NCBI RefSeq assembly: GCF_004010195.1
Contig: NW_025215344.1
Location: 87,293-107,292, forward strand
Reading direction: 5' to 3'
DNA: 20,000 bases
From: Chiloscyllium plagiosum
Taxonomy: Eukaryota
Positions within the stretch are counted from its first letter, which is position 1, and each line of letters opens with the position of its first letter. Below the pieces are notes generated by a model. It was not told the origin of the DNA and ran no database searches. It worked only from the letters and a program-made list of their open reading frames with translations. Of the stretch, positions 9,129-20,000 are shown in pieces. A program made the position numbers and the translations under genes.

Positions 9129-12100
9129 CGAAGCTTTTCGGATGCTGCCTGAATTGCTGTGCTCTTCCAGCACCACTGATCTGGTTTACAGCATCTGCAG
9201 TCATTGTTTTTACCTTGTGAGGAGTTTAGTACTGAGGGAGGGCCGCACTGTCTGGAGTTTAGTTCTGAGGCAGGGCCGTACTGTCAGGTGTTTGGTACTG
9301 AGGGAAGGCCACACTGTCAGGAGTTGAGTACTGATTGAGGGGCGCACTGTCAGGAGTTTAGTTCTGAGGCAGGGCCGTACTGTCAGGTGTTGAGTTCTGT
9401 AAAATCTATATTACTGAGGGAGGGCCGCACTGTCAGGGTGGCACGGTGTTTAGTAGATTTTACAGAAATAAACTCCTGACAGTGCGGCCCTCCCTCAGTA
9501 CTAAACTCCTGACAATGCGGCCTTCCCTCAGTACCAAACACCTGACAGTGCGGCCGGCGCTCAAACCTAAATACCTGACAATGCGGCCCTCCCTCAGTAC
9601 TAAACTCCTGACAGGGCGCCCCTCAATCAGTACTAAATTCCTGACAGTGCGGCCCTCCCTCAGAAATAAACTCCTGACACTGCGGCCCTCCCTCTGAACT
9701 GAACTCCTGACAGGGCGGCCCTCCCTCAGTACTAAACCCCTGACAGTGCTGCCCTCCCTCAGAAATAAACTCCTGACACTGCGGACCTCCCTCAGTATTA
9801 AACTCCTGATAGGATTTTAGATCTGATGGAGGGCCGTACTGACAGTGCGGCTCTCCCTCAGTACTAAACTCCTGACAGTGTGGCCCAACCTCAGTACTAA
9901 TCTCCTGACAGTGCGGCTCTCCCTCAGTACTAAACTCCTGACAGTGTGGCCCAACCTCAGTACTAATCTCCTGATAGTGCTGCCCTCCCGCAGAACTGAA
10001 CTCCTGACAGTGCGGCCCTCCCTCAGTACGAAACTCCTGACAGGGCGACCCTCCCTCAGAAATAAACTCCTGACAGTGCGACCATCCCTCAGTATTAAAC
10101 TCCTGACACTGTGGCCCTCCCTCTGTACAAAACACCTGACTGTGCGGCCCTCCCTCAGATCTAAACTCCTGACAGTGCGGCCCAGCCTCAGTACTAATCT
10201 CCTGATAGTACGGCCCTGCCTCAGAACTGAAATCCTGACAGTGTGGCACTCCCTCAGTACTAAACTCCTGACAGTGCGGCCCTCCCTCAATACTAAACTC
10301 CTGACAGGGCGACCCTCCCTCAGAAATAAACTCCTGACAGTGCGGCCATCCCTCAGTATTAAACTCCTGACAGTGCGGCCCTCCCGCAGAACTGAACTCC
10401 TGACAGTGAGGCCATCTCTCAGAACTAAACTCCTGACAGGGCGACCCTCCCTCAGAAATAAACTCCTGACAGGGCGACCCTCCCTCAGAAATAAACTCCT
10501 GACAGTGCGGCCCTCCCTCAGAACTGAACTCCTGACACTGCGGACCTCCCTCAGTACTAAACTCCTGACAGGACGACCCTCCCTCAGAAATAAACTCCTG
10601 ACAGTGCGGCCCTCCCGCTGAACTGAATTCCTGACAGTGCGGCCCTCCCTCAGTATTAAACTCCTGACAGTGCGGCCCTCCCGCAGAACTGAATTCCTGA
10701 CAGTGCGGCCCTCCCTCAGTACTAAACCACTCACAGTGCGGCCCTCCCTCTGAACTGAACTCCTGACACTGCGGACCTCCCTCAGTATTGAACTACTGAC
10801 AGTGCGGCCCTCCATCAGTACTAAACTCCTGACACTGTGGCCCTCCCTCTGTACAAAACACCTGACTGTGCGGCCCTCCCTCAGGTCTAAACTCCTGACA
10901 GTGCGGCCCAGCCTCAGTACTAATCTCCTGATAGTACGGCCCTGCCTCAGAACTAAATACCTGACAGTGCGGCCCTCCCTCAGTACTAAACTCCTGACAG
11001 TGCGGCCATCCCTCAGTATTAAACTCCTGACAGGGCGGCCCTCCCTCATTACTAATCTCCTGATTAGTACTGAGGGAGAGCCGCACTGTCAGGATTTTAG
11101 TACGGCCCTGCCTCAGAACTAACTCCTCTGAACTGAACTCCTGACACTGCGGACCTCCCTCAATACTCAACTACTGACAGGGCGGCCCTCCCTCAGTCCT
11201 AAACTCCTGACAGTGTGCGGCCCTCCTTCAGTACTAATCTCCTGACAGTGCGGCCCTCCCTCAGAAATAAACTCCTGACAGTGCGGCCCTCCCGCAGAAC
11301 TGAACTCCTGACAGTGAAGCCATCTCTCAGAACTAAATACCTGACAGTGCGGCCCTCCCTCAGAACTAAATACCTGACAGTAGTTCAATACTGAGGGAGG
11401 GCCGCACTGTCAGGTATTTAGTTCTGAGGAAGGGCCGCACTGTCAGGTATTTAGTTCTGAGAGATGGCCTCACTGTCAGGAGTTCAGTTCTGCGGGAGTG
11501 CCGCACTGTCAGGAGGTTATTACTGAAGGAGGGCCGCCCTGTCAGTAGTTTAGGACTGAGTGAGGACCGCCCTGTCAGTAGTTAAGTATTGAGGGAGGTC
11601 CGCAGTGTCAGGAGTTCAGTTCAGAGGAGTTTAGTACTGAGGGAGAGCCGCACTGTCAGGATTTTAGATCTGATGGAGGGCCGCACTGTCAGGATTTTAG
11701 TTCTGAGGCAGGGCCGTACTATCAGGAGATTAGTACTGAGGGAGGGCCGCACTGTCAGGAGTTTAGTATTAAGGGAGGTCCGCAGTGTCAGGAGTTCAGT
11801 TCAGAGGGAGGGCCGCAGTGTCAGGAGTTCAGTTCTGAGGGAGGGCTGCACTGTCTGGACATTAGTACTGAGGGAGGGCCGCCCTGTCAGGAGTTTAGGA
11901 CTGAGGGAGGGCCGCACTGTCAGGAGTTCAGTTCTGCGGGAGGGCCGCACTATCAGGAGATTAGTACTGAGGTTGGGCCGCACTGTCAGGAGTTTAGTAC
12001 TGAGGGAGAGCCGCACTGTCAGGATTTTAGTTCTGAGGCAGGGCCGCATTGTCAGGTATTTAGGTTTGAGCGCCGGCCGCACTGTCAGGTATTTAGTACT

Positions 12101-12643
12101 GAGGCAGGGCCGCCCTGTCAGGAGTTTAGTACTGAGGGAGGGCCGCATTGTCAGGTATTTAGGTTTGAGCGCCGGCCGCACTGTCAGGTGTTTGGTACTG
12201 AGGGAGGGCCACACTGTCAGGAGTTTAGTACTGAGGGAGGGCCGCACTGTCAGGAGTTTAGTACTGAGGCAGGGCCGTACTGTCAGGAGATTAGTACTGA
12301 GGGAGGGCCGCACTGTCAGTAGTTCAATACTGAGGGAGGGCCGCACTGTCAGGTATTTAGTTGTGAGGGAGGGCCGCACTGTCAGGTATTTAGTTCTGAG
12401 AGATGGCCTCACTGTCAGGAGTTCAGTTCTGCGGGAGGGCCGCACTATCAGGAGATTAGTACTGAGGTTGGGCCGCACTGTCAGGAGTTTAGTACTGAGG
12501 CAGGGCCGTACTGTCAGGAGATTAGTACTGAGGGAGGGCCGCACTGTCAGTACGGCCCTGCCTCAGAACTGAAATCCTATCAGGAGATTAGTACTGAGGT
12601 TGGGCCGCACTGTCAGGAGATTAGTTCTGAGGGAGAGCCGCCC

Positions 12644-13006
12644 TGTCAGGAGTTTAGTACTGAGGCAGGGCCGCCCTGTCAGGAGTTTAGTACTGAGGCA
12701 GGGCCGCCCTGTCAGGAGTTTAGTACTGAGGCAGGGCCGCCCTGTCAGGAGTTTAGTACTGAGGCAGGGCCGCCCTGTCAGGAGTTTAGTACTGAGGCAG
12801 GGCCGCCCTGTCAGGAGTTTAGTACTGAGGCAGGGCCGCCCTGTCAGGAGTTTAGTACTGAGGCAGGGCCGCCCTGTCAGGAGTTTAGTACTGAGGCAGG
12901 GCCGCCCTGTCAGGAGTTTAGTACTGAGGCAGGGCCGCCCTGTCAGGAGTTTAGTACTGAGGCAGGGCCGCCCTGTCAGGAGTTTAGTACTGAGGCAGGG
13001 GCGCCC
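12644..13006 (+). repeat. Homogeneous sub-array of 11 essentially identical 33-bp units
   Basis: gtcaggagtttagtactgaggcagggccgccct repeated 11 times (GRPCLSTKLLT x11 in the minus-strand ORF), with one substitution at 13001. Confidence 0.92.
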
Positions 13007-16000
13007 TGTCAGGAGTTTAGTACTGATGGAGGGCCGCACTGAGGGAGGGCCGCACTGTCAGGAGTTTAGGACTGAGGGAGGGCCGCACTGTCAGTACGGC
13101 CCTGCCTCAGAACTGAAATCCTATCAGGAGATTAGTACTGAGGTTGGGCCGCACTGTCAGTAGTTCAATACTGAGGGAGGGCAGCACTGTCAGGAGTTTA
13201 GTATTGAGGGAGGGCCACATTGACAGGGGTTTAGTACTGAGGGAGGACCGCACTGTCAGGAGTTCAGTTCTGAGAGGGCTGCCCTGTCAGGAGTTTATTA
13301 CTGAGGGAAGGCTGCACTGTCTGGACATTAGTACTGATTGAGGGGCGCCCTGTCAGGAGTTTAGTACTGATGGAGGGCCGCACTGAGGGAGGGCCGCACT
13401 GTCAGTACGGCCCTGCCTCAGAACTGAAATCCTATCAGGAGATTAGTACTGAGGTTGGGCCGCACTGTCAGGAGATTAGTTCTGAGGGAGAGCCGCCCTG
13501 TCAGGAGTTTAGTACTGAGGCAGGGCGGCCCTGTCAGGAGTTTAGTACTGAGGTAGGGCCGCCCTGTCAGGAGTTCAGTTCTGAGGGAGGTCCGCAGTGT
13601 CAGGAGTTCAGTTCAGAGGGAAGGCCGCACTGTGAGTGGTTTAGTACTGAGGGAGGGCCGCACTGTCAGGACTTTAGTACTGAGGGAGGGCCGCACTGCG
13701 GCCCTCCCTCAGAACTCAACACCTGACAGTGCGGCCCTCCCTCAGTACTAAACTCCTGACAGTGCGGCCCTCCCTTAGTAATGAACTCCTGACAGTGCGG
13801 CCCTCCCTCAGTATTGAACTCCTGACAGTGCGGCCCTCCCTCATTACTAATCTCCTGATAGTACGGCCCTGCCTCAGAACTAAAATCCTGACAGTGCGGC
13901 CCTCCATCAGATCTAAAATCCTGACAGTGTGGCCCTCCCTCAGTACCAAACACCTGACAGTGCGGCCGGCGCTCAAACCTAAATACCTGACAATGCGGAC
14001 CTCCCTCAGAACTGAACTCCTGACAGGGCGGCCCTGCCTCAGTACTAAACTCCTGTCAGTGCGGCCCTCCCTCAGTACTAAACTCCTGACAGGGCGGCTC
14101 TGCCTCAGTACTAAATACCTGACAGTGCGGCCGGCGCTCAAACCTAAATACCTGACAGTGTGGCCCTCCCTCAATACTAAACCCCTGACAGTGCTGCCCT
14201 CCCTCAGTATTAAACTCCTGACAGTGTGGCACTCCCTCAGTACGAAACTCCTGACAGGGCGACCCTCCCTCTGAACTGAACTCCTGACACTGCGGACCTC
14301 CCTCAATACTGAACTCCTGACACTGCGGACCTCCCTCAATACTAAACTCCTGACAGGGCGGCCCTCCCTCATTACTAATCTCCTGATAGTACGGCCCTCC
14401 CTCAGTACTAAACTCCTGACAGTGTGGCCCTCCCTCAGTACCAAACACCTGACAGTGCGGCCGGCGCTCAAACCTAAATACCTGACAGTGCGGCCCTCCC
14501 TCAGAACTCAACACCTGACATTGTCAGGTATTTAGGTTTGAGCGCCAGCCGCACTGTCAGGTGTTTGGTACTGAGGGAGAGCCGCACTGTCAGTAGTTCA
14601 ATACTGAGGGAGGGCCGCACTGTCAGGTATTTAGTTCTGAGGGAGGGTCGCCCTGTCAGGAGTTTAGTACTGAGGGAGGGCCGCACTGTCAGGAGATTAG
14701 TACTGAGGGAGGGCCGCACTGTCAGTGCGGCCCTCCCTCAGTACTAAACTTCTGACAGTCCGGCCCTCACTCAGTACTAATCTCCTGACAGTGCGGCCCT
14801 CCCTCAGTACTAAACTCCTGACAGGGCGACCCTCCCTCAGAACTAAATACCTGACAGTGCGGCCCTCCCTCAGTATTGAACTACTGACAGTGCGGCCCTC
14901 CCTCAGTGCGGCCCTCCATCAGTACGAAACTCCTGACAGGGCGGCCCTCCCTCAGTAATAAACTCCTGACAGGGCAGCACTCCCTCAGTACTAATCTCCT
15001 GACAGTGCGGCCCTGCCTCAGAACTAAACTCCTGACAGGGCGGCCCTCCCTCAGTCCTAAACTCCTGACAGTGTGCGGCCCTCCTTCAGTACTAATCTCC
15101 TGACAGTTCGGCCCTGCCTCAGTACTAAACACCTGACAGTGCGGCCCTCCCTCAGTACTAAACTTCTGTCAGGTGTTTAGTACTGAGGGAGGGCCGCACT
15201 GTCAGGAGATTAGTACTGAGGGAGGGCCGTACTGTCAGTAGTTTAGTACTGAGGCAGGGCCGTACTGTCAGGAGATTAGTACTGAAGGAGGGCCGCACAC
15301 TGTCAGGAGTTTAGGACTGAGGGAGGGCCGCCCTGTCAGGAGTTGAGTTCTGCGGGAGGGCCGCACTGTCAGGAGTTTAGTATTGAGGGAGGGCCACATT
15401 GTCAGGGGTTTAGTACTGAGGGAGTGCTGCCCTGTCAGGAGTTTAGTACTGAGGGAGGGCCGCCCTGTCAGGAGTTTAGTTCTGAGGCAGGGCCGCCCTG
15501 TCAGGAGTTTAGTACTGAGGGAGGGCCGCACTGTCAGGAGTTTATTACTGAGGGAGGGCCGCCCTGTCCGGTGTTTAGTACTGAGGGAGGGCCGCACTGT
15601 CAGGAGTTTAGGACTGAGGGAGGGCCGCCCTGTCAGGAGTTGAGTTCTGCGGGAGGGCCGCACTGTCAGGAGTTTAGTATTGAGGGAGGGCCACATTGTC
15701 AGGGGTTTAGTACTGAGGGAGGGCCGCATTGTCAGGATTTTAGATCTGATGGAGGGCCGCACTGTCAATACGGCCCTGCCTCAGAACTGAAATCCTATCA
15801 GGAGATTAGTACTGAGGCTGGGCCGCACTGTCAGGAGTTTAATACTGAGGGAGGGCCGCCCTGTCAGGAGTTTAGTATTGAGGGAGGTCCGCAGTGTCAG
15901 GAGTTCAGTTCAGAGGGAGGGCCGCACTGTGAGTGGTTTAGTATTGAGGGAGGGCCGCACTGTCAGGAGTTCATTTCTGAGGGAGGGCCGCACTGTCAGG

Positions 16001-16579
16001 AATTTAGTATTGATGAAGGGCCGCACTGTCAGGACTTTAGTATTTAGCGAGGGCCGCACTGTCAGGAGTTTATTTCTGAGGGAGGGCCGCCCTGTCAGGA
16101 GTTTAGTTCTGAGGTAGGGATGTACTGTCAGGTGTTTAGTACTGAGGGAGGGACGCCCTGTCGGGAGTTTATTTCTGAGGGAGGGCCGCCCTGTCGGGAG
16201 TTTAGTACTGAGGGAGGGCCGCACTGTCAAGATTTTAGATCTGATGGAGGGCCACACTGTCAGGAGTTTAGTTCTGAGGCAGGGCCGTACTGTCAGGAGA
16301 TTCGTCCTGAGGGAGGGCCGCACTGTCAGGAGTTTATTTCTGAGGGAGGGCCGCCCTGTCAGGAGTTTAGTTCTGAGGGAGGGATGCACTGTCAGGTGTT
16401 TAGTACTGAGGGAGGGACGCCCTGTCAGGAGTTTAGTACTGAGGGAGGGCCGCACTGTCAGGAGTTTAGTTTTGAGGGAGTGCCACACTGTCAGGAGTTT
16501 AGTACTGAGGGAGGGCCGCACTGTCAGTAGTTTAGTACTGAGGGAGGGCCGTACTGTGAGGTGTTTAGTACTGAGGGAG

Positions 16580-19500
16580 GACCATCCTCAGGTCACAGGA
16601 TTTTTGAACACACTGTCTTGAACATTTACAGGTCACAGGATTACCCATACACTGTACTGACTACCCTCAGGCCACAGGATTATTCCCACACAGTATTGAC
16701 TACCCTCAGACCACAGGTTTATTCACACACAGTATTGAGCATTCACAGTGCACAGGATTATTAACATACAGTATTGACAATCCTCAGGCCACAGTACTAT
16801 TAACAAACAGAAATGACCATGCACAGGCCACAGATTATTAGCACACGCTATTGACCATCCTCAGGCCACAGGACTATTAACACACAGTATTGACCATCCT
16901 TAGGGAAAGGTTTATTCACACACAGTATTGACGATCATCAGTCCGGAAGATTATTCACACACAGTATTGACTATCCTCAGGCCACAGGATTAATCACATA
17001 CAGTATTGACCATCCAAAGACCACAGGATTATTCACTCATAGTATTGATCATTCACAGCCCACAGGATTATTCACACAAACATTGACCATTCACAGGTAA
17101 CAGGATTATTCTCACGCAGGATTGAACAACCTCAGGCAACAGGATTAATCACACATCGTATTGATCACCCTTATGCTACAGGATTACTCACACACAGTTT
17201 TGATCATCCTCAGGCCACAGGATTAATGAACACACTGTTTTGACCACTTACAGGTCACAGGATTATTCACAGACTGTACTCACTATCCTTAGGACACAGG
17301 ATATTTCACACACCGTATTGATCCTCAGGCCACAGGATATTCCCGGAGAAAGTGAGGTCTGCAGATGCTGGAGATCAAAGTTGAAACTTTATTGCTGGAA
17401 CAGCACAGCAGGTCAGGCAGCATCCAGGGAACAGGAGATTCGACGTTTCGGGCACAGGCCGAAGAAGGGCCTGTGGCCGAAACGTCCAATCTCCTGTTCC
17501 CTGGATGCTGCCTGACCTGCTGTGCTGTTCCAGCAATAAAGTTTCAACAGGATATTCCCACACAGTATTGACCATGTTCAGGCCACAGGACTATTCACAC
17601 ACTGTGTTGAATACCCTCAGGCCACAGTATTAATCACACACAGTATTGAGCATTCAGTGTTGAATAATCCTGTGCACTTTGTATAGTCCATCCACAGGTC
17701 ACAGGTGACCACTTACAGGTCACAGGATTATTCACAAACAGTACTCACTATCCTTAGGCCACAGGATATTTCACACACAGTATTGAGCATTCACAGTTCC
17801 CAGGATTATTCAACACTTTGTATAGTCCATCCACAGGCCACACTATTATTAACAAACAGTATTGACGGTTCACAAGCCACAGGATTATTCGCACACAGTT
17901 TTGACCATCCTCAGGCCACAGGATTGTTCACACACACTACTGACCACACAGTACACAATACACACAGTATTGACCATCCTCAGGCCAAGAGTTATTCACA
18001 CACAGTATTGACGACTCACAGGCCAGAGGATTATTCACACACAATATTGAATATCCTCAGGGCACAGGATTATATTATTCACGGTATTGGCCATCATCAG
18101 ACCACAAGTTTATTCCCACACTGTATTAACCAGCCTCCTGCCACAAGATTATTCACAACTGTATTGACCATCCACAGATTATTAACACACAGTATTGACC
18201 ATTCAAAGGCCACAGCCTTATTCACACACAGTATTGTCTATCATTAGGCCACTGGATAATTCCCACACTTTATTGACTACTCAGGCCACAGGTTTATTCA
18301 CACACAGTATTGAGCAGTCACAGTGCACAGGATTATTCACACACAGTATTGACCATCCTCAGGCTACAGTATTATTAATAAACAGAAATGACCATCCACA
18401 GGCCACAGGATTTTTCACCCGCAGCATTGAATAACCACAGGCAACAGGATTAATCACACAGTATTGACCATCCTCAGGCCAAGAGTTATTCACACATAGT
18501 ATTGCTGATTAACAGGCCAGAGGATTATTCACATGTGGTATTGACCATTCACTGTCCAAGAATAATTCACACATAGTATTGACCGTACACAGGTCACAGG
18601 ATTTTTCGCACACAGTATTGTACATCCTCAGGCCACAGGATGGTTCACACACTGTTTTGACCAGTCTATGGCCACAGGATTTTTGAACCCACTGCCTTGT
18701 CACTTTAAAGGCACAGGATTATTCACACACATTATTGACCATCCATAGGTCAAGGATTATTCACACATGGTATTGACCATTCTCAAGCCAGAGGATTATT
18801 TTCACATGTTATTGACCACCATCAGCCCACAAGATTATTCACACACATTATTGACAAACCTTAGGCCGCAGGTGTATTCATAAACAGCATTGAGCATTCA
18901 TAGTTCCCAGGATTATTTACACACAGTATTGACAATCCACAGTCCACAGTCCACAAGCATCCTCCATCCTCAGGCTGCAGGATTATTCGCGCACAGTGTT
19001 CTACTCCCTCAGGTCTCAGAATTATTCACACACTGTATTGAACCGCCTACGGCCACAGGATTATTCACACACAGTATTGACCATTCACATTACAAAAGAA
19101 TAATTACACATCGTGTTGACCATCCTCAGTCCACAGGATTACTCACACACAGTATTGACCATCCGTAGACCACAGGATTATTCACACACAGTATTGACCA
19201 TTCACAGCTCACAGGATTATTCACACACAATATTGACCATCCTCACGCAAAGAATTATTCACTCACAGTATAGACCACCCGAATGCCACAGGATTATTCA
19301 CACACAGTATTACAAATCCGCAGGCCACAGGATCATTTTCACACATGATCGACCAGCCTCCAGCCACAAGATTATTCACTCAAAGTATTGATCAACCTCA
19401 GGCCACAGGAGAGTTCATAACAGTATAGAGCATTCATAGTTCCCAGGATTATTTAAACACAGTATTAACAATCCACAGTCCATAGAATTATTCACACAAG

Positions 19501-20000
19501 TATTCTACACCCTCAGGCCTCAGGATTATTCACACACTGTATTGACCAGCCTACTTCCACAGGATTATTGAACCCACCGCCTTGTCAGTTTTCAGGTCAC
19601 AGGATTATTCACACAAAGTATTGACCATCCTCAGGCCAAGGGTAATTCACACAGTATTGACCAGCCTACAGACCCAGGACTAATGAACACACTGTCATGA
19701 CCATCCTCATGCCACAGGATTATTCACACACCATATTGACACTTCACAGGCTGGAGTATTATTCACACACATTATTGACCATCCTCAGGTACCAGGATTA
19801 TTCACACACGGTATTGACCATTATCAGGGCACAGGATTATTCATATACAGTATTGATTTACCTCAAGCCACAGGATTTTTCACACACAGTATTGACGATC
19901 CTCAGGCCACAGGGTTACTCACACACTGTACTGACCATCCTCACGCAACATAATTATTCACATAAAGTATTGACCACCCTCACGCCACAGGATTATTCGC
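16580..20000 (+). repeat. 39-bp satellite B, diverged, runs off the window end
   Basis: Consensus gaccatcctcaggccacaggattattcacacacagtatt. The ORFs show 13-aa periodicity (QDYSHTVLTILRP). Confidence 0.96.
17345..17547. mobile_element. Second Penelope-like fold-back mini-insertion
   Basis: The first 116 nt are identical to 1227-1342 and the last 87 nt match 1356-1442 with 4 differences. Inverted arms run ttgaaac...gtttcaa (17381-17547). TSD acaggatattccc at 17332-17344 and 17547-17559. Confidence 0.9.

Larger units (their letters stand above)
8440..9219 (+). mobile_element. 5'-truncated Penelope-like retroelement with inverted pLTR
   Basis: 8446-8611 is the reverse complement of ~9022-9180. 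It contains a GIY-YIG C-terminal ORF remnant, a 3' pLTR with hammerhead motif, and a tail ctggtttacagcatctgcagtcattgtttttacctt. aggagtttagt is duplicated at 8429-8439 and 9220-9230 (candidate TSD). Confidence 0.9.
7675..16580. repeat. 33-bp satellite A, ~8.1 kb, with alternating orientation blocks
   Basis: Consensus gagtttagtactgagggagggccgcactgtcag. The 11-aa periodicity of all overlapping ORFs (VRSLVLREGRT / QEFSTEGGPHC / VRPSLSTKLLT) reflects this unit. Interrupted by a PLE at 8440-9219. Confidence 0.97.

Noticed and set aside
7672..16621. Long ORFs (up to 410 aa) with 11-aa repeats, including Cys/His-containing QEFSTEGGPHC
   Set aside because: They arise because the 33-bp unit is a multiple of 3 and stop-free in several frames on both strands. 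They flip with array inversions and have no unique domain.
16400..16800. Common origin of satellites A and B
   Set aside because: Only short words (cctcag, acagt) are shared. Unit length and composition differ and there is no transitional zone.
16561..19391. ORFs with 13-aa repeats (QDYSHTVLTILRP)
   Set aside because: These are translations of the 39-bp satellite, with frequent stops and indels.
7675..20000. CRISPR-like array (33-39 bp repeats)
   Set aside because: Units are contiguous with no unique spacers, there are no cas genes, and the context is vertebrate.

Overview
This is non-coding, repeat-dense eukaryotic DNA, most likely from a shark (orectolobiform bamboo or epaulette type, judged from recognised HE1/V-SINE, CR1/L2-type LINE ends and Penelope pLTRs). 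There is no intact protein-coding gene. Bases 1-7.6 kb are a decayed C2H2 zinc-finger gene neighbourhood: a ZNF pseudogene (3876-4710), ZNF143/CCAAT promoter motifs, and a segmental duplication (1-2102 vs 6025-7561). Bases 7675-16580 are a 33-bp satellite that switches orientation repeatedly, and 16580-20000 is a separate 39-bp satellite. The most interesting items are three Penelope-like (PLE) insertions carrying minimal hammerhead-ribozyme motifs. Two are near-identical fold-back mini-elements of about 200 bp with identical ends and 12-13 bp target-site duplications, and one of them is confirmed by an empty paralogous site in this window. The third keeps a GIY-YIG C-terminus. Family names come from my own recognition, not from database searches.
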